This document shows positions 10,049-20,164 of a stretch of DNA of 54,979 nucleotides, piece after piece. The position numbers were made by a program, and so were the translations under genes. The stretch is from NCBI GenBank assembly GCA_949290895.1, contig CASETU010000016.1:1-54979 (forward strand), in the 5' to 3' direction. This DNA is from an uncultured Bacillota bacterium (lineage in GTDB: Bacteria > Bacillota > Clostridia > Christensenellales > Borkfalkiaceae). Each line of letters opens with the position of its first letter. The first letter of the stretch is position 1. The notes below the pieces were generated by a model, which saw only the letters and a list, made by a program, of their open reading frames with translations, did not search any database and was not told where the DNA came from.

Positions 10049-10417
10049 TTAGAATTTCAAACCGCCCTCTCTCGCGCCGTCCGCGAGGTTCTGCACACGA
10101 CCGGTGTACAGATAGCCGCCCCTGTCGAACACAACGGTTTCCACGCCTTTCGCCATCGCTTTTTTCGCGATGAGCTGACCGACCATCTTTGCCTGTTCGT
10201 TCTTGGTTTTGCCTTCGAGCGTTCCTTTCAGCTCTTTATCGAGAGTGGACGCCGCCGCAATCGTGTTGCCCACGGTATCGTCGATCACCTGCGCATAGAT
10301 GTGATTCAGACTTCTGTACACGCACAGTCTCGGCGACTGCGCCGTACCGGACACCTTGCCCCTGACTCTCTTATGTCTTTTCTTTCTATCCTGATTCTTG
10401 TTGATCTTCGTAATCAT
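10049..10417 (-). CDS. rplR: 50S ribosomal protein L18
   Basis: ...[37 protein letters not shown]..., 122 aa. Confidence 0.97.
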   Translation of the reverse strand: MITKINKNQDRKKRHKRVRGKVSGTAQSPRLCVYRSLNHIYAQVIDDTVGNTIAAASTLDKELKGTLEGKTKNEQAKMVGQLIAKKAMAKGVETVVFDRGGYLYTGRVQNLADGAREGGLKF

Positions 10418-10510
10418 TTCGACTCCTAATTAAACTTTCTCGCATCCTCGCGGACGCAGTAAGCAGGGAATGCGTTCCCCACCTCAAAAGCAACTTAAAT
10501 AGTCCGCTTA

Positions 10511-11050
10511 TTATTTTCCCGCGGTCTTGCCTTCCTTACGCTCGATCACTTCGTCGCTGTAACGGATGCCGTAACCGTGGTACGGTTCGGGCTTGCGGAT
10601 GCTGCGCACGTTCGCCGCATACTGCCCCACTTTGTTCTTGTCGATCCCCGAAACGGTGATCTCCGTCGCCGAAGGACATTCGAGATGAATTCCCTCTTCT
10701 TCGAAAATCTCCACCGGATGCGAATAGCCTACGCTGAGGACTACTTTGTTTCCCTGTTTCGCGACTTTGTAACCTACGCCGTTGATCACGAGGGTCTTTT
10801 TGAACCCTTCGGTCACGCCGACGACCATGTTGTGCAGAAGCGCTCTGTAAAGTCCGTGCTTTGCACGGGTTTCGTTCTCGTCATCCGCACGGGTGAGACG
10901 CGCAACCGCGCCGTCCACCGTGATCTTGATCTTCGGATCGTATTCCTGCGTAAGCGTTCCTTTCGGACCTTTTACGGTAAATTCCTTTTCTTTCACGTCG
11001 ATGCTGACGCCTGCCGGCAATGCCACCGGCATTCTGCCTATTCTGGACAT
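10511..11050 (-). CDS. rplF: 50S ribosomal protein L6
   Basis: MSRIGRMPVALPAGVSIDVKEKEFTVKGPKG..., 179 aa. Confidence 0.97.
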   Translation of the reverse strand: MSRIGRMPVALPAGVSIDVKEKEFTVKGPKGTLTQEYDPKIKITVDGAVARLTRADDENETRAKHGLYRALLHNMVVGVTEGFKKTLVINGVGYKVAKQGNKVVLSVGYSHPVEIFEEEGIHLECPSATEITVSGIDKNKVGQYAANVRSIRKPEPYHGYGIRYSDEVIERKEGKTAGK

Positions 11051-11060
11051 TTGAAACCTC

Positions 11061-11453
11061 CTACCAAACGTAAGCGAGCACTTCGCCGCCCTGATGCGCC
11101 TTTCTCGCTTCCTTGTCCGTCATGACGCCCTTGGAAGTGGAAAGAATGGCGATGCCGAGTCCGCCCAGCACCTGCGGGATTTCTTCGTAGCCGACGTAAA
11201 TTCTGAGACCGGGTTTGCTGACCCTCTTCAGTCCGCTGATGACCTTTGCCTTGTTGGCGCCGTATTTCAGCGTGATGACGATCTTTCCCTGTACGTTCCC
11301 TTCTTCAAACGCAACGTCGCTGACGTATCCTTCTTTCAGAAGAATATTCGCAATCGCTTTTTTCATGTTGGATGCGGGAATTTCCACCGTCTCGTGCTTG
11401 GCAAGAAGAGCGTTCCTGATTCTCGTGAGCATATCTGCTATAACGTCTGTCAT
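11061..11453 (-). CDS. rpsH: 30S ribosomal protein S8
   Basis: [28 protein letters not shown]..., 130 aa. Confidence 0.97.
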   Translation of the reverse strand: MTDVIADMLTRIRNALLAKHETVEIPASNMKKAIANILLKEGYVSDVAFEEGNVQGKIVITLKYGANKAKVISGLKRVSKPGLRIYVGYEEIPQVLGGLGIAILSTSKGVMTDKEARKAHQGGEVLAYVW

Positions 11454-11465
11454 CTTTTCTCCTCC

Positions 11466-11651
11466 TTACCAGCTCGCTTTCTTTACGCCGGGAATCTGTC
11501 CCTTGTACGCGAGATTTCTGAAACATATACGGCAGATCCCGTATTTACGGATGACGGCATGCGGACGTCCGCAGATGCTGCATCTCGTATACGCTCTCGT
11601 AGAGAACTTTGCGGGTCTCTGCTGTTTATTGATCATCGATTTTTTAGCCAT
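11466..11651 (-). CDS. rpsN: 30S ribosomal protein S14 type Z (zinc form)
   Basis: 61 aa, [22 protein letters not shown] motif. Confidence 0.96.
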   Translation of the reverse strand: MAKKSMINKQQRPAKFSTRAYTRCSICGRPHAVIRKYGICRICFRNLAYKGQIPGVKKASW

Positions 11652-11671
11652 TGTGTCGTTCTCCTTTCACC

Positions 11672-12277
11672 TTACTTTGCACTGAACGGCATCCCGAGTG
11701 CCTTCAGAAGTTCCCGGGCTTCCTCATCGGTCTTTGCCGTGGTCGTGAAACAAATGTCGAACCCTCTGATCTTCTCCACCTGATCGTATGAAATTTCCGG
11801 GAAAATCAGCTGTTCCTTCACGCCCATCGCGTAATTCCCTCTGCCGTCAAACGACTTCGAAGATACGCCGCGGAAGTCCCTTACCCGCGGAAGAGCGATG
11901 GAGATCAGTTTATCGAAAAATTCATACATCCTGTTGCCGCGCAAGGTGACCTTCGCGCCCACCGTCATGCCCTCTCTCACTTTGAAGTTCGCAACCGACT
12001 TTCTCGCCGCGATCGTGAGGGGCTTTTGTCCCGATATCGTCTTGAGTTCCTCCACCGCAAGCTGTATGCTCTTGGCGTTGTCCTTCACGTCTCCGAGTCC
12101 GGTGTTCAGCGTGATCTTCACCAGCTTGGGAATTTCGTTGATGTTTTTATATTCGAACTTCTTTACAAGATACGGTACGACTTCGTTGATGTAACGCGCC
12201 TTTACCCTGTTGAGTTCTGCCGGCTTGTTCTCGGTTGCAGCTTCCTTAGCAACCTGAGTCTTTTTTGCTGCTGCCAT
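11672..12277 (-). CDS. rplE: 50S ribosomal protein L5 (with ~20-aa N-terminal extension)
   Basis: The core starts at ...[24 protein letters not shown]. The ATG at 12277 has GGAGGT 6 nt upstream, so the [21 protein letters not shown] extension appears to be translated. Confidence 0.95.
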   Translation of the reverse strand: MAAAKKTQVAKEAATENKPAELNRVKARYINEVVPYLVKKFEYKNINEIPKLVKITLNTGLGDVKDNAKSIQLAVEELKTISGQKPLTIAARKSVANFKVREGMTVGAKVTLRGNRMYEFFDKLISIALPRVRDFRGVSSKSFDGRGNYAMGVKEQLIFPEISYDQVEKIRGFDICFTTTAKTDEEARELLKALGMPFSAK

Positions 12278-12290
12278 AATTTACCTCCGA

Positions 12291-12788
12291 TTATTCAGCG
12301 CTTTCCGCATCGGCCTTCTTTGCCGTTGTCTTTTTTGTTGCGGTGCTCTTCTTCGCGCCCGAAGCACTCTTCTTCGCGCCCGAAGCCGATTTCGTCGTCT
12401 TTTTCTCTGCGCTCTTTTCTTCCGTCTTGGACGCCGCGGCTTTCTTTGCCGTCTTTTTCGCTTCTTTCGTTTCCTTTACGGAATCGAGCGAAGCGCCGCA
12501 CTTCTTGCATACGCGGATCTTCTTGTCGCCTTCCGTCGCGTACGCCACGCGCGTCGTCTTTCCGCATTTGGGACAGACCACCATCACGTTGCTCGCCTGG
12601 ATTGCGCCGTTCTGCTCTTCGATCTTGCTTACGTCCTGCGCTTTTCTGGCTTTGCGGTGTTTCTTCTGTACGTTTACGCCTTCCACCACCACTCTGCTTT
12701 CCTTGGGCAGTGCCACGAGGACTTTTCCCGTTTTGCCCGCGTCTTTCCCGGTTATTACCTTTACGGTATCGTTCTTCTTAATTCTCAT
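12291..12788 (-). CDS. rplX: 50S ribosomal protein L24 (Cys4 form with ~55-aa Lys/Ala-rich C-terminal tail)
   Basis: [24 protein letters not shown]... KOW motif, CPKCG...CKKCG, then a tail ending in [32 protein letters not shown]. Confidence 0.95.
   Translation of the reverse strand: MRIKKNDTVKVITGKDAGKTGKVLVALPKESRVVVEGVNVQKKHRKARKAQDVSKIEEQNGAIQASNVMVVCPKCGKTTRVAYATEGDKKIRVCKKCGASLDSVKETKEAKKTAKKAAASKTEEKSAEKKTTKSASGAKKSASGAKKSTATKKTTAKKADAESAE
12345..12386 (-). repeat. 2 x 21-nt tandem duplication inside the rplX tail
   Basis: gctcttcttcgcgcccgaagc / actcttcttcgcgcccgaagc (20/21 identical), encoding SASGAKK twice. Confidence 0.9.
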
Positions 12789-12799
12789 CGCACTTCTCC

Positions 12800-13168
12800 T
12801 TACAATACTTCCGGCGCAAGCGAAATGATACGCATATAATCCTTATCGCGGAGTTCTCTCGCGATGGGTCCGAAAATACGCGTTCCTCTCGGCTGTTTCT
12901 GGTTGTCGATGATGACCGCGGCATTCTCGTCGAAACGAATGTACGTGCCGTCGGGTCTTCTGACCCCGTTCACCGTACGGACGATGACCGCCTTGACGAC
13001 TTCGCCCTTCTTGACGGCGCCGCCCGGCGTCGCCGTTTTGACGCTGGCGACGATCACGTCGCCGATGTTCGCCGTTCTTCTGAAGCTGCCGCCGAGCACT
13101 CTGATGCACATGATCTCTTTCGCGCCGGAATTATCGGCGACCTTTAATCTCGATTGTGGTTGTATCAT
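12800..13168 (-). CDS. rplN: 50S ribosomal protein L14
   Basis: [27 protein letters not shown]..., 122 aa. Confidence 0.98.
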   Translation of the reverse strand: MIQPQSRLKVADNSGAKEIMCIRVLGGSFRRTANIGDVIVASVKTATPGGAVKKGEVVKAVIVRTVNGVRRPDGTYIRFDENAAVIIDNQKQPRGTRIFGPIARELRDKDYMRIISLAPEVL

Positions 13169-13183
13169 TGCAATGCCCTCCCG

Positions 13184-13438
13184 TTACTTCGCCTTCTCGA
13201 CGATTTCCGCCACTCTCCAGTTCTTATCCTTGGAAAGTTTTCTCGTCTCGACGATGCGGACCTTATCGCCTATACCGCATTCGTTCTTTTCGTCGTGCGC
13301 CTTGAACTTATGCGTGCTTTTGATGGTTTTTTTATAGATCGGATGCTTGGCTCTTTCTTCGATCGCCACCACAACCGTCTTATCCATTTTGTCGGAGATC
13401 ACGATCCCGACTCTTTCTTTTCTCAAATTTCTTTCCAT
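13184..13438 (-). CDS. rpsQ: 30S ribosomal protein S17
   Basis: [27 protein letters not shown]..., 84 aa. Confidence 0.97.
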   Translation of the reverse strand: MERNLRKERVGIVISDKMDKTVVVAIEERAKHPIYKKTIKSTHKFKAHDEKNECGIGDKVRIVETRKLSKDKNWRVAEIVEKAK

Positions 13439-13452
13439 ACCTGTACTCCCCG

Positions 13453-13653
13453 TTACGCCTTCGCCTTCAGTTCTCTTTCGCGAATCACGGTCTTGACCTT
13501 CGCGATGTCTCTCTTGCAGTTTCTCAATGAAACGGGATTTTCGAGCTGACCCGTCGCGTGACGGAAACGAAGATTGAAAAGCTCGTTCTTCAGTTCCGCG
13601 AGCTTGGTTTTGAGCTCGTCGTCGGTAAGTTCTCTAATATCTATCGTCTTCAT
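13453..13653 (-). CDS. rpmC: 50S ribosomal protein L29
   Basis: 66 aa, ...[20 protein letters not shown]... Confidence 0.96.
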   Translation of the reverse strand: MKTIDIRELTDDELKTKLAELKNELFNLRFRHATGQLENPVSLRNCKRDIAKVKTVIRERELKAKA

Positions 13654-14099
13654 CAGCCTTCACCGCCTTCCTGTTTATTTTCCGCTTCGAGTTCCGCGCG
13701 CGTCACGAACTTCGTTTTGATGGGAAGTTTATGTCCCGCGAGTCTCATCGCTTCCTTGGCGACATCTTCCGTAACGCCGTTCATCTCAAACAGAACCCTG
13801 CCCGGCTTCACTACGGCTACCCAGTATTCGACCGCGCCTTTACCGCTACCCATACGGGAATCCTGCGGCTTCTTCGTGATCGGTTTGTGGGGGAAGATAT
13901 CGATCCATACCTTACCGCCTCTCTTTATGAATCTCGTCATCGCGACACGCGCCGCCTCGATCTGGTTGGATTTGATCCATGCCGGTTCGAGAGCCACCAG
14001 ACCGTAATCGCCGTATGCGATCTTGTTGCCCTTCGTGCACTTGCCGGTCATTCTGCCGCGGTGTACTCTTCTCCTCTTCACTCTCTTTGGCATTAACAT
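13653..14099 (-). CDS. rplP: 50S ribosomal protein L16
   Basis: [20 protein letters not shown]..., 148 aa. Confidence 0.97.
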   Translation of the reverse strand: MLMPKRVKRRRVHRGRMTGKCTKGNKIAYGDYGLVALEPAWIKSNQIEAARVAMTRFIKRGGKVWIDIFPHKPITKKPQDSRMGSGKGAVEYWVAVVKPGRVLFEMNGVTEDVAKEAMRLAGHKLPIKTKFVTRAELEAENKQEGGEG

Positions 14100-14102
14100 A
14101 GT

Positions 14103-14771
14103 TTATGCTTCGCCTCCTTCAACGGTTTTCTTGCCGGGATTGCCGATGATTTCGCCTTTATACACCCAGCATTTCACGCCGATCACGCCGAACGTGGTAT
14201 GCGCTTCGGCAAAACCGTATTCGATATCCGCACGCAGCGTCTGCAGCGGAATCGAACCTTCGTGATATTGTTCTGTTCTCGCAATTTCCGCGCCGTCCAG
14301 ACGACCGCTGACCATCACTTTCACGCCCTTTACGCCGCTCCTGACGGAACGCCCGATGGCCTGCTTCATCGCCCTTCTGAACGAAACGCGCTTTTCCAGC
14401 TGTCCCGCGATCGATTCCGCTACGAGCTGCGCATCGGCGTCCGGACGCTTGATCTCCGAAATATTGATGGAGATCTGTTTGCACGTCGTCATTTTTGCGA
14501 GTTTTTTCTTCATGACCTCGATCTCCGCACCCGCTTTGCCGATCAGCACGCCGGGACGCGCCGTATAAATCGTGATCACGATCCTCTGCGCCGCGCGCTC
14601 GATCGCGATCTTCGAGATCGCCGCCTGATAATATTGCTTTTTCAGATACGTTCTGATCGTGTAATCTTCCTTGATGTTCGCGGCGAATTCCTTCTTGCCG
14701 GCAAACCACTGGGTATCCCAGTCCTTGATAACGCCTACTCTCAAACCGTGCGGATTAACTTTCTGTCCCAT
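14103..14771 (-). CDS. rpsC: 30S ribosomal protein S3
   Basis: [24 protein letters not shown]..., 222 aa. Confidence 0.98.
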   Translation of the reverse strand: MGQKVNPHGLRVGVIKDWDTQWFAGKKEFAANIKEDYTIRTYLKKQYYQAAISKIAIERAAQRIVITIYTARPGVLIGKAGAEIEVMKKKLAKMTTCKQISINISEIKRPDADAQLVAESIAGQLEKRVSFRRAMKQAIGRSVRSGVKGVKVMVSGRLDGAEIARTEQYHEGSIPLQTLRADIEYGFAEAHTTFGVIGVKCWVYKGEIIGNPGKKTVEGGEA

Positions 14772-14783
14772 ACTGTCCTCCTC

Positions 14784-15170
14784 TTACGCTCTGGCGTCCA
14801 GCACCACGGTGATGTGGCTGGTGCGCTTTAAAATTCTGAACGCTCTGCCCTGCGCTCTCGGCATCATTCTCTTGAGCGTGGGACCCTGGTCGGCATAACA
14901 CGCCGCCACATACAAATTGTCCCTGCTCATGCCGAGATTGTGTTCCGCATTCGCCGCGGCGCTCATCAGCACCTTGCGGACGGGATCGGAAGAGGATTTC
15001 TGTAAGTTTTCCAAAAGCGCCACCGCTTCGGCATAATTCTTGCCGCGGATCAGATCGAGCACTCTTCTCACTTTGTACGGAGAAATACGCACGTGACGGG
15101 CGATCGCTTTGGGTCTTTTATCTTTGTTCTCTGCGATGCGGAGAGTTTTTTCTTTCAAATTCTTAGCCAT
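14784..15170 (-). CDS. rplV: 50S ribosomal protein L22
   Basis: ...[25 protein letters not shown]..., 128 aa. Confidence 0.97.
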   Translation of the reverse strand: MAKNLKEKTLRIAENKDKRPKAIARHVRISPYKVRRVLDLIRGKNYAEAVALLENLQKSSSDPVRKVLMSAAANAEHNLGMSRDNLYVAACYADQGPTLKRMMPRAQGRAFRILKRTSHITVVLDARA

Positions 15171-15182
15171 CGATTAAACCTC

Positions 15183-15461
15183 CTATTTGCCGCCCGTGGA
15201 CTTTTCGCCCGCGTGACCTCTGAACGTGCGCGTCGGCGCGAATTCACCCAGTTTGCAGCCGACCATATCTTCCGTAACATACACGGGAACGTGTTTTCTT
15301 CCGTCGTGAACGGCGATGGTATGCCCGACCATCTGGGGGAATATCGTAGACGCTCTCGACCAAGTTTTAAGCACTTTCTTTTCGTTTTTAGCGTTTAATT
15401 CTTCTACCCTTTTGAGAAGCCTTTCTTCCACGTAAGGGCCTTTTTTAACACTTCTGCTCAT
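15183..15461 (-). CDS. rpsS: 30S ribosomal protein S19
   Basis: [20 protein letters not shown]...[23 protein letters not shown], 92 aa. Confidence 0.98.
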   Translation of the reverse strand: MSRSVKKGPYVEERLLKRVEELNAKNEKKVLKTWSRASTIFPQMVGHTIAVHDGRKHVPVYVTEDMVGCKLGEFAPTRTFRGHAGEKSTGGK

Positions 15462-15475
15462 TCCCTGTGTTCTCC

Positions 15476-16303
15476 TTAATTGATTCTCTTGATGATCATT
15501 TTATCGGACGATTTCTTGTGTTTTCTCGTCTTGTAACCGAGCGCCGGCTTACCCCACGGCGTTACCGGACCGGGACGGCCGACGGGCGACTTGCCCTCGC
15601 CGCCGCCGTGCGGGTGATCGCACGGGTTCATGACCGAACCGCGGACGGTGGGACGGATTCCCATATGCCGCGTTTTACCCGCCTTACCGATGCGGATGAT
15701 CTCGTGTTCCAGGTTGCCCACCTGACCGATGGTCGCTTTGCAGGTGACGAGAACGTATCTCATTTCGCCGCTGGGCATTTTCAGCGTGGCAAACTTGCCT
15801 TCTTTCGCCATAAGCTGCGCGCTCATGCCGGCAGCTCTCGCGATCTGTCCGCCCTTACCGGGTTGCAGTTCGATGTTGTGCACGATCGTACCGACGGGAA
15901 TGTTTTCCAACGGCAGACAGTTGCCCGCCTTGATATCCGCGGAGGGACCGCTCAGAATCACGTCGCCCACATTCATGCCCACCGGCGCGAGGATGTACGT
16001 CTTTGCGCCGTCGGCGTAATAAAGCAGAGCGATGTTTGCGCTTCTGTTCGGATCGTATTCGATGGTCTTGACCGTCGCGGGAATCCCGTCTTTCTGGCGT
16101 TTGAAATCGATGATGCGGTATTTTCTTCTGTTGCCGCCGCCGATGTGACGGACGGTGATCTTACCCTGCGCGTTTCTGCCGCCGCTCTTTCTCTGATCTT
16201 CCACCAGACCTCTGTGCGGCTTTTTCGCGGTGATCTCGTCGTACGCGCTCACCGTCATCAGACGGCGCGCCGACGAAGTCGGTTTATATCTCTTGATAGC
16301 CAT
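15476..16303 (-). CDS. rplB: 50S ribosomal protein L2
   Basis: [19 protein letters not shown]...[16 protein letters not shown]..., 275 aa. Confidence 0.98.
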   Translation of the reverse strand: MAIKRYKPTSSARRLMTVSAYDEITAKKPHRGLVEDQRKSGGRNAQGKITVRHIGGGNRRKYRIIDFKRQKDGIPATVKTIEYDPNRSANIALLYYADGAKTYILAPVGMNVGDVILSGPSADIKAGNCLPLENIPVGTIVHNIELQPGKGGQIARAAGMSAQLMAKEGKFATLKMPSGEMRYVLVTCKATIGQVGNLEHEIIRIGKAGKTRHMGIRPTVRGSVMNPCDHPHGGGEGKSPVGRPGPVTPWGKPALGYKTRKHKKSSDKMIIKRIN

Positions 16304-16326
16304 TTTGCTTTTCCTCCGTTATTTCC

Positions 16327-16617
16327 TTACGACAGCGAATCGAAGAATTCGATGGACTTGCTGTCCTTCTTGAGCTGTACGACGGCTTTCTTGTATGCGG
16401 GGGTAAGACCCTGGTTCTTGCCCATCCTCTTCATCTTGCCGCGCACGTTCACCGTGTTTACCTTTTCCACCTGCACGTTGAAAATTTCTTCAACCGCTTT
16501 TTTGATCTCCGTCTTGTTCGCGGTCTTTGCCACCACGAACGTATATTTCTTATCCTGGATCCCGCCGTAACTTTTTTCCGTCAGAACGGGTTTGATGATG
16601 ATGTCGTGCGCTAACAT
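16327..16617 (-). CDS. rplW: 50S ribosomal protein L23
   Basis: 96 aa, ...IIKPVLTEKSYGGIQDKKYTFVV... Confidence 0.96.
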   Translation of the reverse strand: MLAHDIIIKPVLTEKSYGGIQDKKYTFVVAKTANKTEIKKAVEEIFNVQVEKVNTVNVRGKMKRMGKNQGLTPAYKKAVVQLKKDSKSIEFFDSLS

Positions 16618-17243
16618 TATTCTCCGTAGACCTCCTGCATTTTTTCAGCCGCTTTTTTGGAAATAACGAGCTTCGCGTTCTTCACCACGTCGTAGGTGTT
16701 GATCAGTTCCACCGGCACCGTGCTTACTTTTTCAAGATTCGACGCCGCTCTGAGCAACGCTTCGTCGTGATCGTCCATCACGATGAGCACGCTTTTTTCC
16801 AACTTGAACGACGCAAGAAATTTCACCATTTCTTTTGTCTTGGGCGCCGCCACTTTCAATTCGTCGACAAAGATCACTTCATCGTCGCGGATCTTCTGCG
16901 AAAGCGCGGAAAAGAGAGCGATTCTCTTCGCGGTAATATTCATCTTTTTGGAAAAATCTCTCGACTTGGGCGCAAACACCACGCCGCCTTTCGTCCACTG
17001 CGGACTCCGCGTCGATCCCTGACGGGCTCTGCCCGTTCCTTTCTGTCTCCACGGTTTCGCGCCGCCTCCGCGCACTTCCGCACGGGTAAGCGTACTCTTC
17101 GTCCCCTGTCTTTCGTTGGAAAGTCTGGTCACCACGGCCTGATGTATCAGCGCTTCATTGTATTCCATACCGAACAGGTCGTCGTTCAGTTCGAGCGTAC
17201 CCACTTCGGCGGCTTCCATATTGTATAATTTTACGTTCGCCAT
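16617..17243 (-). CDS. rplD: 50S ribosomal protein L4
   Basis: 208 aa, ...RGGGAKPWRQKGTGRARQGSTRSPQW... Confidence 0.97.
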   Translation of the reverse strand: MANVKLYNMEAAEVGTLELNDDLFGMEYNEALIHQAVVTRLSNERQGTKSTLTRAEVRGGGAKPWRQKGTGRARQGSTRSPQWTKGGVVFAPKSRDFSKKMNITAKRIALFSALSQKIRDDEVIFVDELKVAAPKTKEMVKFLASFKLEKSVLIVMDDHDEALLRAASNLEKVSTVPVELINTYDVVKNAKLVISKKAAEKMQEVYGE

Positions 17244-17255
17244 TGTCCCTTCTCC

Positions 17256-17888
17256 TTAACCTTTCACGCTTTCCTTGATCGTTACGATGCTCTTCACCGG
17301 TCCCGGAATCGCACCTTTGATCAAAAGCGCGTTTCTCTCGACATCCACTTTCACGATTTCAAGATTCTGTATGGTTACGTTTTCATGTCCGTACTGTCCG
17401 GGCATTTTCTTTCCCTTGAATACGCGGCTCGGCGTGCTGTTCGCGCCCATCGAACCGACTTCCCGGTGTACAGGCCCGACGCCGTGCGTTTCCTTCAGAC
17501 GGTGATTGTTCCATCTCTTGATGACGCCCGTGAATCCGTGGCCCTTCGTCACGCCCGAACCGTCCACCTTGTCGCCCGCGGCAAAAATGTCGCATTTCAA
17601 AGCCTGTCCGACCGAATACGCGCTCACGTCGTCAAAACGCACTTCCTTGAGCACTTTCTGCGGCGCCACGCCCGCTTTCTTGAACTGCCCGAGCTGCGGC
17701 TTGTTCAGCGCCTTTTCCGTGGTTTCGTCAAAGCCAAGCTTCAACGCCGTGTACCCGTCTCTTTCCAAAGTTTTCACCTGCACCACCGGACACGGACCCG
17801 CTTCCACTACCGTTACGGGAATCACCTTGCCGTCGGGCGCGAAAACCTGCGTCATTCCCAACTTCTTCCCAATGATTGCTTTATTCAT
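17256..17888 (-). CDS. rplC: 50S ribosomal protein L3
   Basis: [33 protein letters not shown]..., 210 aa. Confidence 0.98.
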   Translation of the reverse strand: MNKAIIGKKLGMTQVFAPDGKVIPVTVVEAGPCPVVQVKTLERDGYTALKLGFDETTEKALNKPQLGQFKKAGVAPQKVLKEVRFDDVSAYSVGQALKCDIFAAGDKVDGSGVTKGHGFTGVIKRWNNHRLKETHGVGPVHREVGSMGANSTPSRVFKGKKMPGQYGHENVTIQNLEIVKVDVERNALLIKGAIPGPVKSIVTIKESVKG

Positions 17889-17926
17889 AGATAAAGTTCA
17901 CCTCCGTATTTATTCTATATTATTGT

Positions 17927-18226
17927 TTATAACTTGATCTTAATGTCGACGCCGGCAGGCAGATGAATACTGTCGAGCAGCTTGATGTTCGGCGAATAAA
18001 TGTCGATCAGTCTTTTGTGCGTCCTGATCTCGAACTGTTCGCGGCTGTCCTTGTATTTGTGCGGCGAACGCAGAATGGTCACCACTTCCTTCTCCGTGGG
18101 CAGAGGAATGGGCCCGCTGATCTTCGCGCCGCCTTTCTTCATCGTGTCAACGATGCGCGCCGCCGCCTGGTCCACCATCTCGTGGTCGTAAGATACCAAT
18201 TTGATCCTGATTTTCTGACTTGCCAT
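17927..18226 (-). CDS. rpsJ: 30S ribosomal protein S10
   Basis: [28 protein letters not shown]..., 99 aa. First gene of the cluster. Confidence 0.98.
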   Translation of the reverse strand: MASQKIRIKLVSYDHEMVDQAAARIVDTMKKGGAKISGPIPLPTEKEVVTILRSPHKYKDSREQFEIRTHKRLIDIYSPNIKLLDSIHLPAGVDIKIKL

Positions 18227-18293
18227 GATTTTTCTCCTTTTCTTTATCCTAACATTTCGTCAACTTTGCCGTGTGTGTCGAATCCGTGAACAT

Positions 18294-18341
18294 AAAAAAA
18301 TCATTCGCCGATACTTAATTAAATTAAGTCGCTGCGAATGA
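18294..18341 (-). promoter_or_regulatory. intrinsic-terminator-like attenuator hairpin in the rpsJ leader
   Basis: On the minus strand, TCATTCGC-agcg-ACTTAATT/AATTAAGT-atcg-GCGAATGA forms an 8 bp + internal loop + ~7-8 bp hairpin. It is followed by TTTTTTT, 67 nt upstream of the rpsJ ATG and downstream of the promoter. Confidence 0.6.
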
Positions 18342-18474
18342 CTGCGATTCACGTAACCCGATGTTAGTCGCAGAGGTCGAGCCTCTACATTTGTCAACGG
18401 AAATTATCTTTTCGCCCGCTGTTTAAAGCGAAATTAAGTAACTTTCCGTATCAACCCTATTACACAGCTTAACC

Positions 18475-18503
18475 ATTATATTAAATTTGCCGCCCGAAGT
18501 CAA
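18475..18503 (-). promoter_or_regulatory. sigma-A promoter of the S10 cluster
   Basis: Minus strand TTGACT (18498-18503), 17-nt spacer, TATAAT (18475-18480). This gives a ~240-nt leader. Confidence 0.8.
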
Positions 18504-18553
18504 CTGTTTTTTAAAGGTTTTTGCCGTATTTTTAAAGATTTTTTGAAGAATTT
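18504..18553 (-). promoter_or_regulatory. UP-element-like helically phased A/T tracts upstream of the S10 promoter
   Basis: T-runs on the plus strand start at 18507, 18518, 18529, 18539 and 18551 (spacing 10-12 bp), immediately upstream of the -35 box. Confidence 0.6.
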
Positions 18554-18610
18554 GCCCGATACACCATATCTTGCGTCGCGCCTCCCCCGCACGGACAAAA
18601 TACGGTTACA

Positions 18611-18646
18611 TAAAAAATTTTATACGGCGCGGAAATATCCGCGCCG
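18611..18646 (-). terminator. rho-independent terminator after the zinc-ribbon gene
   Basis: Stem CGGCGCGGA/TCCGCGCCG (18625-18646), followed on the minus strand by TATAAAATTTTTTA. Confidence 0.75.
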
Positions 18647-18714
18647 CATTCGATTTTACTTTACAAGCGAGATTCACCGAATCGCGCCCACGAGTTTTTT
18701 TCGTTCGGGCGGCG

Positions 18715-19806
18715 TCACATATATTGCATGATAAGATACACCAGCCCGCAAAACGCGGCAAGCCCGACGAGAACGGTGACGAGCACTTTCCAAATCGCCA
18801 CGGGCGTCTTACCCGTAACCCTGCCGTTGGTGCCGTTCACGAAAAAGGAATAATTTTTCTTTTTGAAAGCGAAATGCCCCGCATAAACGGGCAAAAGCAC
18901 GTATTTGTAAGTGACGTTATAGTGCTTTGTGCCGATGTTGAAATATTCTATGACGTCATAGGAATACTGCGACAAAATAAGGCTTTTCAGCCTTGCGTCC
19001 ATCATCTGCTTCGCTTCTCCCCAACACGCGGAAATGTCCTTTTCGTAATAATACGAAGAAAATCCCAGCAGATATTTTCCGTCGTACTTAGTAGAGCGGT
19101 TGCTGTCGAACGGTCCCATCTTTTCGAGATCGCGCTGCGTCACTTTAGAACCGGCAACGACGCCGATGTCGTCAAAAAAATGATTGAACGTTCCGCCGAT
19201 GTTGCGCCAGACGATATACGTTTCCGTCCTGCGGTTCTTGCCCGAACCGACGGTGCGGGTATGCCGCTTGCCGATGCGCCCCGAATACATCGATTCGGTG
19301 TTGCTGTCAAAGGTAAAGCAGGGTATGTAAACGCCGTGGATATTTTCGGCTTTGAGATTTTTCTTGAAAGCGCGCGGCGCAAAAATCTTTTTCTTCGCCC
19401 AGCGCTTGCAGCACTCGTTCGCCCCTTCCGCCGTCAGTTTGAAAGGCAAAAGAGCGTTTGGCTTGAGTCCCGCGAGTTCTTCCGATTCCACGACCTGTGC
19501 CGTGCCGCAGAACGGACAAACCGTAGCCGTTTCGCCCTTATCGAGCACTACTTTCGCGCCGCAGTTTTCGCAGCGGTAAACTTTCGTTTCTCCGCTCCAC
19601 TCCGTCCCGCCCGTGCCGAGGGCGTTTTCGATCGCCAGCTCGTCAGCCTGCACGTAGACGGCAAAACTTTCCTTTCTGCCGCAATGCTCGCAATACAGCA
19701 TCTGGCTGGCGGGGTCGAACTTCATGTTCGAGCCGCAGGAATCGCACTTTACGTTTTTCGTTTCGACCTGTTCGGCTTTTGCCTCGGCATTAAAATCTTC
19801 TTCCAT
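18715..19806 (-). CDS. double zinc-ribbon protein with C-terminal membrane anchor (architecture reminiscent of B. subtilis YdjG)
   Basis: 363 aa. Two CxxC-N-CxxC ribbons (CDSCG..CEHCG and CENCG..CPFCG), a ~230-aa domain, and a C-terminal TM helix (VAIWKVLVTVLVGLAAFCGLVYLI). GGGAGGAG RBS. Confidence 0.8.
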   Translation of the reverse strand: MEEDFNAEAKAEQVETKNVKCDSCGSNMKFDPASQMLYCEHCGRKESFAVYVQADELAIENALGTGGTEWSGETKVYRCENCGAKVVLDKGETATVCPFCGTAQVVESEELAGLKPNALLPFKLTAEGANECCKRWAKKKIFAPRAFKKNLKAENIHGVYIPCFTFDSNTESMYSGRIGKRHTRTVGSGKNRRTETYIVWRNIGGTFNHFFDDIGVVAGSKVTQRDLEKMGPFDSNRSTKYDGKYLLGFSSYYYEKDISACWGEAKQMMDARLKSLILSQYSYDVIEYFNIGTKHYNVTYKYVLLPVYAGHFAFKKKNYSFFVNGTNGRVTGKTPVAIWKVLVTVLVGLAAFCGLVYLIMQYM

Positions 19807-19888
19807 ACTCTCCTCCCGTATCTTTTAACTAAGCGTCTGCCTGCATTGAATAAAGGCAGATATCCCGCACCCGGCAAAATCGATGCGG

Positions 19889-19923
19889 AAAAATTTGAAA
19901 AAGCGGCGCGTTCCGCGCCGCTT
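19889..19923 (-). terminator. rho-independent terminator after the DUF1858 gene
   Basis: Stem AAGCGGCGCG/CGCGCCGCTT (19901-19923), followed on the minus strand by TTTCAAATTTTT. Confidence 0.8.
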
Positions 19924-19931
19924 TCGGACGA

Positions 19932-20129
19932 TTATTCCACGTCGTTGAGCTCTTCGAGCATCTTTTCGAGGTCCGCACCGTGTACGTCCGCAGCCTCGCC
20001 GACCGTTTCGCCGTGCGCCAGCGCGCAACCCAGACAATGCATTCCGTAATTCATCAAGATTTCGCCCGCCTTGGGGTTGATTTCCAGCGCGTCGAATATC
20101 TTGGTATCAGCCGTGATCTTCTTTGCCAT
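19932..20129 (-). CDS. DUF1858 / hybrid-cluster-associated redox-disulfide-type small protein
   Basis: 65 aa, ...EILMNYGMHCLGCALAHGETVGEAADVHGADLEKMLEELN. The CxxC signature is typical of this family. AGGAGA RBS. Confidence 0.75.
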   Translation of the reverse strand: MAKKITADTKIFDALEINPKAGEILMNYGMHCLGCALAHGETVGEAADVHGADLEKMLEELNDVE

Positions 20130-20164
20130 AATATCTTTCTCCTTTCCGTTTTTCGGATATATTT

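Noticed and set aside
18392-18397. Second TTGACA hexamer inside the rpsJ leader as a possible P2 promoter
   Set aside because: No acceptable -10 hexamer lies 16-19 nt downstream. The sequence there is the AGAGGCTCGACCTCT hairpin.
18571-20049. 492-aa plus-strand ORF across the zinc-ribbon and DUF1858 genes
   Set aside because: It lies antisense to two genes with good RBSs and motifs and runs through two terminator hairpins. The translated composition looks arbitrary.
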